Assembly: GCA_039026915.1 (NCBI GenBank)
Contig: JBCCLJ010000011.1
Coordinates: forward strand, 72 to 64,071
Length of the DNA stretch: 64,000 bases
Origin: Acidobacteriota bacterium
GTDB taxonomy: Bacteria; Acidobacteriota; Thermoanaerobaculia; Multivoradales; Multivoraceae
Direction: 5' to 3'
A model generated the notes under the pieces. The model made no database searches and was not told where the DNA came from. It saw only the letters and a program-made list of their open reading frames with translations. The translations under genes and the position numbers were made by a program. Positions within the stretch are counted from its first letter, which is position 1, and each line of letters begins with the position of its first letter. Below, piece by piece: positions 45,861-54,079 of the stretch.

Positions 45861-48800
45861 TCAGGGCACTTCGAGTTCGATGGTCTCGCCGGCGAGGATC
45901 TGCACCTCGAGGCGGGCGGTCACTTCGGTGGTTCCCAGCGGAATCACCTCCAACGTCCACAGACCCGGTGGGAGAGGCCCGACCGGCTGTGAGCCCGCGG
46001 CATCGGCGTAGAAGGGCTGTGGGTGCCGAAGCTCGCCGCGACGCGCGATGACGCGAGCCCCGAACGCGGCGCTCCGCGACTTCAAGCGCGTCCAACCTCC
46101 ACTTTCGAGCTGCACGGTGGCCTCGCCGGGCACGGCCACGCTCACCGGGCCGGCCACCTGAGTTCCGGCGCTGCTCCAGAGCAGGTAGTTGCCGGGAGGT
46201 GCCTCCAGAGTCGCCGAAGCGCCGCCCTGCGATCCTCCGGGAAAGGAGATTTCGCCCCGCTGCAGCCAAAACGCCGTCGGTGGAGGAGTCCCTTCGATGC
46301 TGCTCGTGATCGAGATTCGCAGCGCCTCCTGCTGTCCCAGGCGAATCTCGACCGTCGGCTCACCGCTCAACATCGCCCGGCCTGATCCGAGCGTCGGGTG
46401 ATCGACTGCGAGCGTGTTCCCCTGCCGGTTCTGATCGGTTTGCAGTCTCGCGGAAAGCGCTCCATTGGCTCCGGTGAGGCCGAGCTGAGACTGCGTCCCG
46501 AGATCCGAGATCAGCAGGACGGATGCTCCCTCGACAGGAGCCCCGTCGCCGCGGAGAACAACCACGTTGAGAGCGGTCGTGGTGAGGTCGATCGAAAGAT
46601 CGACGTCGCTCTGCAAGTCGATCGTGTCGACGTGCTGCAGAACGGGATCCTCCGTGCTCAAACTGATCTGGATCGGACCCGCCTGGAGTCCCTCGAGCTC
46701 GAAGATCCCCGAGGAATCGACTTCCGCCGAGGTCGCGGACGTCTGGTCCAAGCTGCCCGCATAGATGTGGCCGGAGGCCGGCTGCCCGTCGACGTTGATC
46801 GTGCCGCGCAGGACGAGCCCTGCGCCGAAGTCGAGCTCCACGTCGTCGATGTCCCGGTCGACCTCGAGATTCCGCCCCAGAACCCTGCCGGTTTCTTGGA
46901 AAGAGGCGGAGAGTCTCCAGTCACCGCGGCTGACGTTCGGCATGGAGAACCCTCCCTGGTAGTCGAGCGTCGCTTCGCGGTAGTTCCGGCCAAACTGGCT
47001 GACTCCCGTGGCGAACATGTTCAGGCGGATCAGGGCGTATTGATCGGGCTCGAGGCCGAGGATGCGGCCCGACACCGTAAACCCTCGATCGAGCACGATC
47101 TCGAGATCCGGAGCACTCTCGCGGAGCTCGATCTCTGGAACGGTGGGGGTTGCAAATCCCTCCTTCGACACTTCGAGCTGCGCCCAGCCAGGCTCCAATC
47201 CGCCGATCTCGAAGGCTCCGTCCGGGCCACTGAAGCCTTGGTGCTGACCGCCGCTCCAGCTCGATCGATCTTTGCTGACCATCGCTCGAACGAGCGCGCC
47301 GACGACCGGGTCGCCCGACTCATCGACGATGCGCCCCGTCACGCGCAGGCCCTTGTAGAGCTCGAGGTCGAAGCGTCGGTCGCCGCTGATGTCCAGGTTG
47401 TGAACCGTGGGCCGGTAGCCGTCGGCCGCCGCGGTGATCGTCATTTCGCCGTTCGGAACACCCGTGAGGCGGTAGCGGCCCTCGCCGTCGCTCTGGGTCG
47501 CGGCGCTCGGTCCGAGCATGCGCTGAAGAGTCAGCTCTTCCGCGCCGGTCGGGTTGACGCTCACCTGGGCTCCGGCGAGCGGTAGACCGTCGCCGGTGAC
47601 CGTTCCTGAGAAGACGGCTCCACGCTCCAGCGAAATGTCAATGGGGTCGGGGGCCTCGCCGCGGACCTCGACATCGACCAGGCGCTGCATGTGATCGACG
47701 GCGTTCACCATGAGCACGTGCCTTCCCTGCGTCGCCGGAGCGATCTCGAAGGTGCCGTCCGCCTCACTTCGCACCGTGGCGCGCTGCTTGGGAAACTCGT
47801 AGGGCTCGTTGGAGAGATCGATCCAGTAAAGGCCGACGTGCGCCGCAAGTCCTTCGCCGTTCTCGCCGCGGACCGTTCCCCGAAGGGCCAGGCCGCGCTC
47901 GAGGCGAACCTCGAGAGGTTGATCGAGTGGCAGGCTGATCTCTTGCGATTCGGGCCTGACGAATCCTCGAGCTTGGACACCCCAGACATACCGACCTCGT
48001 CCTATACGGTCGATTTCAAAGGTGCCGTCTTCGGCCGATGCTGCTGACTTCGAAGCGGGCGGCTGGCTCCTTCGGAAGTCCGCTTCCCGTAGGAAGAGAG
48101 TCGCTCCCGGGACGGGCTGGCCCTCTTCGTCGAGGATCCGACCTGAGAAGAGGGCTGCGGGCTCGAGTGTCAGCGTGCCGATCTCCTGGTCGTCGAACTC
48201 GAGCTCGAAGCCGTGGACTCTTCCTGGAGCGAAGCCGTCGGCCTCGGCGAACAGGTCGTAGCGTCCGGCCGCGACCGGCGCCAGATCGAAGCGGCCTTCG
48301 AGGTCGGTGATCGACTTCCGCGTTCCGGCGGAGGAATCAAAGACCCCGCTCCGTCTGTAGGTCGTCTCGGGTACCAGCCAGACCTCGACGCCGGCCAGCG
48401 GTTGGTTGTCCATGTCGAGGACGGTTCCCCATCCAGCGACGCCGTTCGGCAGCGTCACCTCGATCGTCTCTCGGATGTCCGGACCGAGAGTCAGGTCCGC
48501 CTCTGCGACGGCGTAGTCCGGATGTTCGACGAGCGCGACGTAAGAGCCCTGGCGCATTCCTCGCAAGGCGATGCGACCCTCCTCGTCCGTCGGGTTGGGC
48601 TTGGGTTGACTACGCATGGAGCTTCGATCGCGGGGCCACACGGTGACCAGGGCTCGCGGGACGCTCTCTCCGAGCTCGTTGCGAACGAGGAGTGTGATCG
48701 AGCGGTTCGGCTCCAGAGCCACCGTCGGCGCCTCGCCCGCGACGTTTCCCATGGAGGTGTTCTCGGAACTGTAGAGCTGCGCAGCGACGCCGAGGCGGAT

Positions 48801-49829
48801 GCCCCGGCTCGATGTCCACGTCGGCAGCTCGTAGCGGCCGTCGGGATCGGTCGTCGCGAAGTCGCTCGGGCGGTCGAGCGACCAGACGAGCGCTCCCGCG
48901 ACCGGGTCGCCACTCGTTCGATCGATGACCTTGCCGAAGAGCGAAGCGGGCGGCTCGAGTCGGACCTGCAGCGACTCTTCGGTGCCGCGAACCGGCGTTC
49001 TGAAGCCGCTGTAGCCCAGGTCTCCAGACTCGACCTGGTAGTCGAGGATGCGATCGGTGGCTGCGGTGACCGTTGCCCTGCCTTGGTCGTCGGTGACGGC
49101 GACGGGCACGAGCGACTCGCCGAAGCGCACGACAGCGCGGGCTACGGGGCGGCCACGCTCGTCCGTGACGGTCACACGCTGAGGCGCGCCGCGCTCGAGC
49201 TCGACCGTCACCGCGCCGCGCCCGTTCGACGGAACCCCGCGCGGCAGGAAACCATCCGCCGCGACGCGCACCGGGTGATTCGCTCCGGGAAGCGCTGGGG
49301 CGGCGACGCGACCGCCCTCGTCGGTCCTGCCGTGCCAGCGGCTCACACCTACTGCCGGCTCTTCGCGTTCGGAGCTTCCCTGCGGGCGGACCCACTGCTG
49401 GGTGTCAACCAGGACGAGGGCGTTCTCGATGGGCTGACCTGCGTCGTCGACGACGCGAATCGACAGCTGCGTCGCGCGCGGGAGCGCGATGTCGGCCAGA
49501 GCGAGATCGTCGACGACGACGCCGAGATCGGTACGCGGTCGCAGCCCCGAGGGCGTTGCGATGTCGACGCGGTAGATGCCTGGAGGCACTTCCACCTCGA
49601 GCCGGCCGTCCGGGCCGAGCTCGAAGCTCGTTCCTTCGTCCTCCATCTTGGCGACGCCGAGGTCGTGCAGCCTCCGCAGATGACTCGGAGGTGACGGCAT
49701 CAGGTGCACCGTAGCCTTTGCCGGCTGACCTGCTGCGTCGACCAAGCGCCCGCTGATGCGGACCGACTCCTGAGCAAACGAAGGGAAGCATAGCGTCGCC
49801 AGGACGAGCGCTGCAGCGCTCGTTCGCAT
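45861..49829 (-). CDS. giant secreted CarboxypepD_reg-repeat protein, paralogue 2
   Basis: The track ORF begins at GTG 49895. ATG 49829 gives the clean signal peptide MRTSAAALVLATLCFPSFAQE. It is collinear with paralogue 1 along its whole length, and the stop lies 7 nt upstream of the paralogue 1 start. Confidence 0.8.
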   Translation of the reverse strand: MRTSAAALVLATLCFPSFAQESVRISGRLVDAAGQPAKATVHLMPSPPSHLRRLHDLGVAKMEDEGTSFELGPDGRLEVEVPPGIYRVDIATPSGLRPRTDLGVVVDDLALADIALPRATQLSIRVVDDAGQPIENALVLVDTQQWVRPQGSSEREEPAVGVSRWHGRTDEGGRVAAPALPGANHPVRVAADGFLPRGVPSNGRGAVTVELERGAPQRVTVTDERGRPVARAVVRFGESLVPVAVTDDQGRATVTAATDRILDYQVESGDLGYSGFRTPVRGTEESLQVRLEPPASLFGKVIDRTSGDPVAGALVWSLDRPSDFATTDPDGRYELPTWTSSRGIRLGVAAQLYSSENTSMGNVAGEAPTVALEPNRSITLLVRNELGESVPRALVTVWPRDRSSMRSQPKPNPTDEEGRIALRGMRQGSYVALVEHPDYAVAEADLTLGPDIRETIEVTLPNGVAGWGTVLDMDNQPLAGVEVWLVPETTYRRSGVFDSSAGTRKSITDLEGRFDLAPVAAGRYDLFAEADGFAPGRVHGFELEFDDQEIGTLTLEPAALFSGRILDEEGQPVPGATLFLREADFRRSQPPASKSAASAEDGTFEIDRIGRGRYVWGVQARGFVRPESQEISLPLDQPLEVRLERGLALRGTVRGENGEGLAAHVGLYWIDLSNEPYEFPKQRATVRSEADGTFEIAPATQGRHVLMVNAVDHMQRLVDVEVRGEAPDPIDISLERGAVFSGTVTGDGLPLAGAQVSVNPTGAEELTLQRMLGPSAATQSDGEGRYRLTGVPNGEMTITAAADGYRPTVHNLDISGDRRFDLELYKGLRVTGRIVDESGDPVVGALVRAMVSKDRSSWSGGQHQGFSGPDGAFEIGGLEPGWAQLEVSKEGFATPTVPEIELRESAPDLEIVLDRGFTVSGRILGLEPDQYALIRLNMFATGVSQFGRNYREATLDYQGGFSMPNVSRGDWRLSASFQETGRVLGRNLEVDRDIDDVELDFGAGLVLRGTINVDGQPASGHIYAGSLDQTSATSAEVDSSGIFELEGLQAGPIQISLSTEDPVLQHVDTIDLQSDVDLSIDLTTTALNVVVLRGDGAPVEGASVLLISDLGTQSQLGLTGANGALSARLQTDQNRQGNTLAVDHPTLGSGRAMLSGEPTVEIRLGQQEALRISITSSIEGTPPPTAFWLQRGEISFPGGSQGGASATLEAPPGNYLLWSSAGTQVAGPVSVAVPGEATVQLESGGWTRLKSRSAAFGARVIARRGELRHPQPFYADAAGSQPVGPLPPGLWTLEVIPLGTTEVTARLEVQILAGETIELEVP

Positions 49830-49952
49830 CGCGCGACCGAAGCGCGCTCCGCGTCCTCGTTCGAATCCAGAACCCGCGCTCGACGGACGTCGCACTCCAC
49901 ACCCCCTCTGGCTCGTTTTGTCCCTCAGACTCTAGCGGTTGTCGAGTAAGCC

Positions 49953-52900
49953 CTACGGAATCTCGACGTCGATCGTTTCTCCAGCGACGACGTCGACGGC
50001 GATCTGCCGCGTCGTTCCGTCGACGAGATCGGTGACCTCGAGCGTCCAACGTCCGGGCGCGAGCGGCCCGGAGCGCTGGCCGTCCTGGTGGCCGAAGTGA
50101 CCCACCGCTGGATGCGCCTGGCCGGCATGGCGACCGACGATCGAGTCCCAGCCCGAGGCCGATCGGCCGGTGAGTCGCACGAAGCCTCCAAGCTCGAGCT
50201 GCAGCGTGATCTCGTCGCGCGGAAGCTCGACCCACCTCGGGCCCGCTTGGCTTCGCCAGCTCTGACCCCAGAGGAGGTAGCGCCCTGGCGGAACCTTCAG
50301 CTCTGCGGGCTGGGAGGCTTCCACGTCAAGAGTCTCCACGCTGAAGCCGTTGCCTTGGAGGAAGATCTGCCCGATCGTCGGCGCCCGTCCGTCGGTCTCG
50401 ACCAGACGCACGCGTGTGGACGCATGTGGTTCCAGGACGATCACGGCTCCCGTCTCGCCTTCGGGCAGCACGACCCGGCCGGTCCCCTTGTCTCGATGTC
50501 GCGCCAGCACCTGGATCGGGCCGGGCGGCCGGTCCGGGAGGAGGATGATTGCGGTCCCGTCGGTGCTGGTGCCGCTCTCTCGCCTCGGAGTGCCGCCTCG
50601 AGAATCGAGCGTCCAGAGGCCGGCGCCTGCGACGGGCCGGCCGTCCGCGTCTTCCACGAGCACGGTCAGTCGGTGCGACGTCAGTTCGATCTCCAGATCG
50701 ACGTCGCTGAGGAGGTCGAGGCGTTCGAGGTGGCGCGCACCGCCGGCGGTCACGACGAGGTCGACCGTCCCCGACGGAGCCTCGACCTCGAATCGTCCCT
50801 GGGCGTCGGCGGTGGTCACGTTCTCTCCCGACGCGCCGAGCACGCGGACCGTGGCCCCGGGAGCCGGAGATCCGTCGAGCTCGACCGTGCCGCGGACCTC
50901 GACAGTGTCGTCGAACGCCAGCTCGATGCCGGTGAGGTCGCCGTCGACGTCGATCTGCTGCTTGACGAAGCGACGCGTGCTCTCGACGCTAGCCCGAAGC
51001 TGCCACAGCCCGGGGGCCGTCTCCTCGAGAAGGAAGCTGCCATCTTCGGCAACGCTCACCCTTCCGAAGTGCGCGAAGTTGGCGTCGGTTCCCTGCATGC
51101 CGTGGGCCGTGAGCTTTGCTTCCGCGAGCTCGTTCTCGGAAAGGCCGGTGATTCGGCCGCGCACCGTGAAGCCTCGCGAAAGCTCGATCTCGACGCCCTC
51201 GATGTCGCGGTCGACGAGCTCGAGGACCGTCGAGCTCCCCTTGGCGAAGCCCTCTTTCTCGACTTCGATCTGGAGATAGCCGGGCCCCAATGCGTCGACG
51301 ACAAATCGACCGTCTCGATCCGTCGGTGGGTCTTGGACTCTCATCACGCTGTGCCAGGACTTGAGGCCCGCGCTGTGCCTCTGGATCCAGACGGCGCCTT
51401 CCACCGGGTCCCCGCGGTCGTCGATGACCCTGCCCGAGACGGAGAAGCCGCGGGAGAGGGTGAAGGTCTCGTTGCTGCCGGCTCGGACGCCGACCTGCCG
51501 CCGCACCGGGAGGAAGCCATCGGCCTCGACGGACACTCGATATTCGGCGTTCTTCAGTCCGGTGAGCATGAACCGGCCGGAGACGTCGCTCGTGACCGGG
51601 TTGCGGAGCACATCGGAGGCGCGCGCGTCGCTGTCCGCCGAGACGCGCGCTCCAGGGATGGGCTGCCCGCTCTCGTCGAGGACCTGGCCTTCGAGTGAAA
51701 TCCCCTCTTCGAGCACGACGTCGATCTCGAGCGTCTGCGCTTCTTCGCTGCCCGCGAGAGGCATCGTCGTCCCCTGGAAGCCGTCCGCGTCAAAGGCGAT
51801 CCGCAGGCCCTCTTGGGGTCGAACCGATGGCAGCTCGAAGCGTCCCTGCTCGGCCACGACCCAGGCGCCGCCGTGGAATCGGCCGTACCCCTTGGCACCG
51901 CTGACCAGGGCGACGCGAGCGACGAGAGGAGTGCCCTCGGAGGATTCGACGCGTCCGCGAACGAGGAGTCCCTCGTGCAACCGGACGACGAGCTCGCCTT
52001 CGATTGGCAGTTCGCGGCGCTCGAAGGTCGTCGCATAGCTCTCCGCTTTGACGACGATCTGGTGCGCACCGGCTGAAAGACCCTCGAAGGTACGACCTCC
52101 CTGCGCATCGGTCTGCGCGCTGACCCGCTTCCAGCGGCCTGGCCCTCCGGGACCCTGGTCAGTCACGCTCACTTCGGCCCCGGCGATCGGCTCGTCGTCC
52201 ATCGTGAGCACTCGGACCGGTAGGCGCTGGCCCCGCTCCAGTCGGAAGGTGCCGAGCCCCTGCTCCTCGGCTTCCACCAGGTCGACCATCGCTTGCCGTC
52301 GGGCGAAGCCCTCGTGCTCGAAGAGGACCTCGTAGCGGCCCGGCGCGAGCGCGCCCGTCTGGAAGTCGCCGTTCCCGTCGCTGACGGTCTCCGAGACCGC
52401 ACGCTCCTCCAAGAGAAGCCTGCGTCCCCTGGGCTGCATCAGCTTCGAGAGCGTGATCGTCGTTCCTTCGAGGGGCCGCTCCTCCGCATCGACGACGCGG
52501 CCTTTGCCGCGGAAGCCGTCTCGAAGAACCACTGTCAGAGTGGGACGAAGATCATCGGCGGCCAGAGTCAAGGGGACCGTCGCCACAGCAAAGTCGGGGT
52601 GCGTCGCTCGGACCCGGTACGAACCGGGCACGAGACCTTCCACCGTGGTTTTGCCTTCGCTGCCGGAGACGGATGTCTTGACGGACCGGGACCTCCAGGC
52701 GGTCGGCCGCACCTCGACGTTTGCCCCGGAGATCCGTGTGCCGTCGGGCGCCAGCACGGTGATCGTCGCGGCGCAGGTTCGGGCGAGGGCGATCGGCGTC
52801 GAGCGCTCGCCGAAGCTCTTGGCGTCTCCCTGGTCGTAGCCGGCCGCGACGGCGACGACGTCGAGGGGCTGCGCCGCAGACCGGGTGTCGATCTCGAACC

Positions 52901-54044
52901 GCCCCTTCCCATCGGCCCGCCGCCAGTCCTCGGGGCGTCCGCGCGGCCAGACGACCGCGTGGGGAATCGCGGTGCCGCGATCACGATCGATGACGTTGCC
53001 GCGGATCGTCAGCGATGGATCGAGTCGGACGATCGACGTTTCCGAGTCGATCTCGCGCCCTGAGGAGTGCCCGGGAGAGCTCACTCGGTAGAGGAGCGGC
53101 TCGTTGCCGAAGGGCAGAGTGGCGTAGCCGTCGGAGTCGCTCTGGGCGACGACGGTGCCTCCAAGGTCGAAGCGAGCCTGGGGAAGCGGGCTCTTCTGCG
53201 CGGACTCGACCCGTATGCGCAGAGGGCGCGCGGCTTCGAGTTGCAGCGTCGCGGATCCGTCGGGTCTCAGCTTCTCCCAGAGAGGCGCCTTGCCCGGGGC
53301 CGTGACGCCGACCCGATGAGAAGCCTCCTCGGCCAGCCAGACGCGGCACCGACCGTCCGCGTTCGTCAGCACGGTGTGCTCGGCGACCGACTCGAGAATG
53401 CGTCGTACGGAGTACATGCGCCCGAAGAACTGCGGCAGCGGCTCGCCACCCCATCGCGAAACGACGTGGACGCGCGCCCTCGGAATGGGCTTGCCCTCGC
53501 CGTCGACGATGCGGAGCCCGCGGTAGCGACCTTTCGGCGGGACCCAGGGCTCGAGCTGCGTATCCTGCACCAGCGGTCCCAGCGGCCGCCGCACGATCGA
53601 GCCGCTCGAGAGGGCGATCTCGACCACGTAGCGCCCCGGCGGCAGCTCGGCCTCGAAGCGGCTCGTGGCCGGCGCGCCCAGCAGGTCCTCATCATCGTCG
53701 GCGGACAGGGCACCCTCCTCGGCGATCAGGAGCGGCAGCTCGACGGCGCGACCTTCCGAATCGATCAGGCTCCCGGAGAGGCGGATCGTGTCGCTCGAAG
53801 CCGCCATCGCCGGAAACGACAGCGCCAGAAGCAGAGCGCATGCTGTTAGCCTGTCGCAGATTTCCGCCAGACGCCGTTGCAACGGGGTAGGACCCCCGAT
53901 GCTTTGCTCGGTCGGTGGGATCGAGGGGGCCGAGAGAGACGATGTTGCGCGCGCCAGTGGCCGGCTACCGGCCGCTCTGATTCGGTACTCGCGCGGGCTC
54001 CGCATCGCCATTCTCCTCACTCCCGTCCAGCTCCCCGTCGTCAT
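49953..54044 (-). CDS. giant secreted CarboxypepD_reg-repeat protein, paralogue 3 (more diverged)
   Basis: 1363-aa ORF from ATG 54044. The hydrophobic signal (LTACALLLALSFPAMAA) sits ~65 aa in, so the true start may be internal (for example in-frame TTG at 53882). It has the same repeat architecture and a conserved C-terminus …GETIDVEIP. Confidence 0.75.
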   Translation of the reverse strand: MTTGSWTGVRRMAMRSPREYRIRAAGSRPLARATSSLSAPSIPPTEQSIGGPTPLQRRLAEICDRLTACALLLALSFPAMAASSDTIRLSGSLIDSEGRAVELPLLIAEEGALSADDDEDLLGAPATSRFEAELPPGRYVVEIALSSGSIVRRPLGPLVQDTQLEPWVPPKGRYRGLRIVDGEGKPIPRARVHVVSRWGGEPLPQFFGRMYSVRRILESVAEHTVLTNADGRCRVWLAEEASHRVGVTAPGKAPLWEKLRPDGSATLQLEAARPLRIRVESAQKSPLPQARFDLGGTVVAQSDSDGYATLPFGNEPLLYRVSSPGHSSGREIDSETSIVRLDPSLTIRGNVIDRDRGTAIPHAVVWPRGRPEDWRRADGKGRFEIDTRSAAQPLDVVAVAAGYDQGDAKSFGERSTPIALARTCAATITVLAPDGTRISGANVEVRPTAWRSRSVKTSVSGSEGKTTVEGLVPGSYRVRATHPDFAVATVPLTLAADDLRPTLTVVLRDGFRGKGRVVDAEERPLEGTTITLSKLMQPRGRRLLLEERAVSETVSDGNGDFQTGALAPGRYEVLFEHEGFARRQAMVDLVEAEEQGLGTFRLERGQRLPVRVLTMDDEPIAGAEVSVTDQGPGGPGRWKRVSAQTDAQGGRTFEGLSAGAHQIVVKAESYATTFERRELPIEGELVVRLHEGLLVRGRVESSEGTPLVARVALVSGAKGYGRFHGGAWVVAEQGRFELPSVRPQEGLRIAFDADGFQGTTMPLAGSEEAQTLEIDVVLEEGISLEGQVLDESGQPIPGARVSADSDARASDVLRNPVTSDVSGRFMLTGLKNAEYRVSVEADGFLPVRRQVGVRAGSNETFTLSRGFSVSGRVIDDRGDPVEGAVWIQRHSAGLKSWHSVMRVQDPPTDRDGRFVVDALGPGYLQIEVEKEGFAKGSSTVLELVDRDIEGVEIELSRGFTVRGRITGLSENELAEAKLTAHGMQGTDANFAHFGRVSVAEDGSFLLEETAPGLWQLRASVESTRRFVKQQIDVDGDLTGIELAFDDTVEVRGTVELDGSPAPGATVRVLGASGENVTTADAQGRFEVEAPSGTVDLVVTAGGARHLERLDLLSDVDLEIELTSHRLTVLVEDADGRPVAGAGLWTLDSRGGTPRRESGTSTDGTAIILLPDRPPGPIQVLARHRDKGTGRVVLPEGETGAVIVLEPHASTRVRLVETDGRAPTIGQIFLQGNGFSVETLDVEASQPAELKVPPGRYLLWGQSWRSQAGPRWVELPRDEITLQLELGGFVRLTGRSASGWDSIVGRHAGQAHPAVGHFGHQDGQRSGPLAPGRWTLEVTDLVDGTTRQIAVDVVAGETIDVEIP

Positions 54045-54079
54045 CGTAGCTGCTCTGACCCCAACGACAAGGACACCTC

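Larger units (their letters stand above)
41807..54044 (-). repeat. tandem gene triplication (~4 kb unit x3)
   Basis: The three adjacent ORFs are collinear at protein level. Copies 1 and 2 are still alignable at nucleotide level, for example cgaggtcgtgcag…cgcagatgactcgg…gacggcat…aggtgcaccgt at ~45605-45660 and ~49657-49712. Confidence 0.8.
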
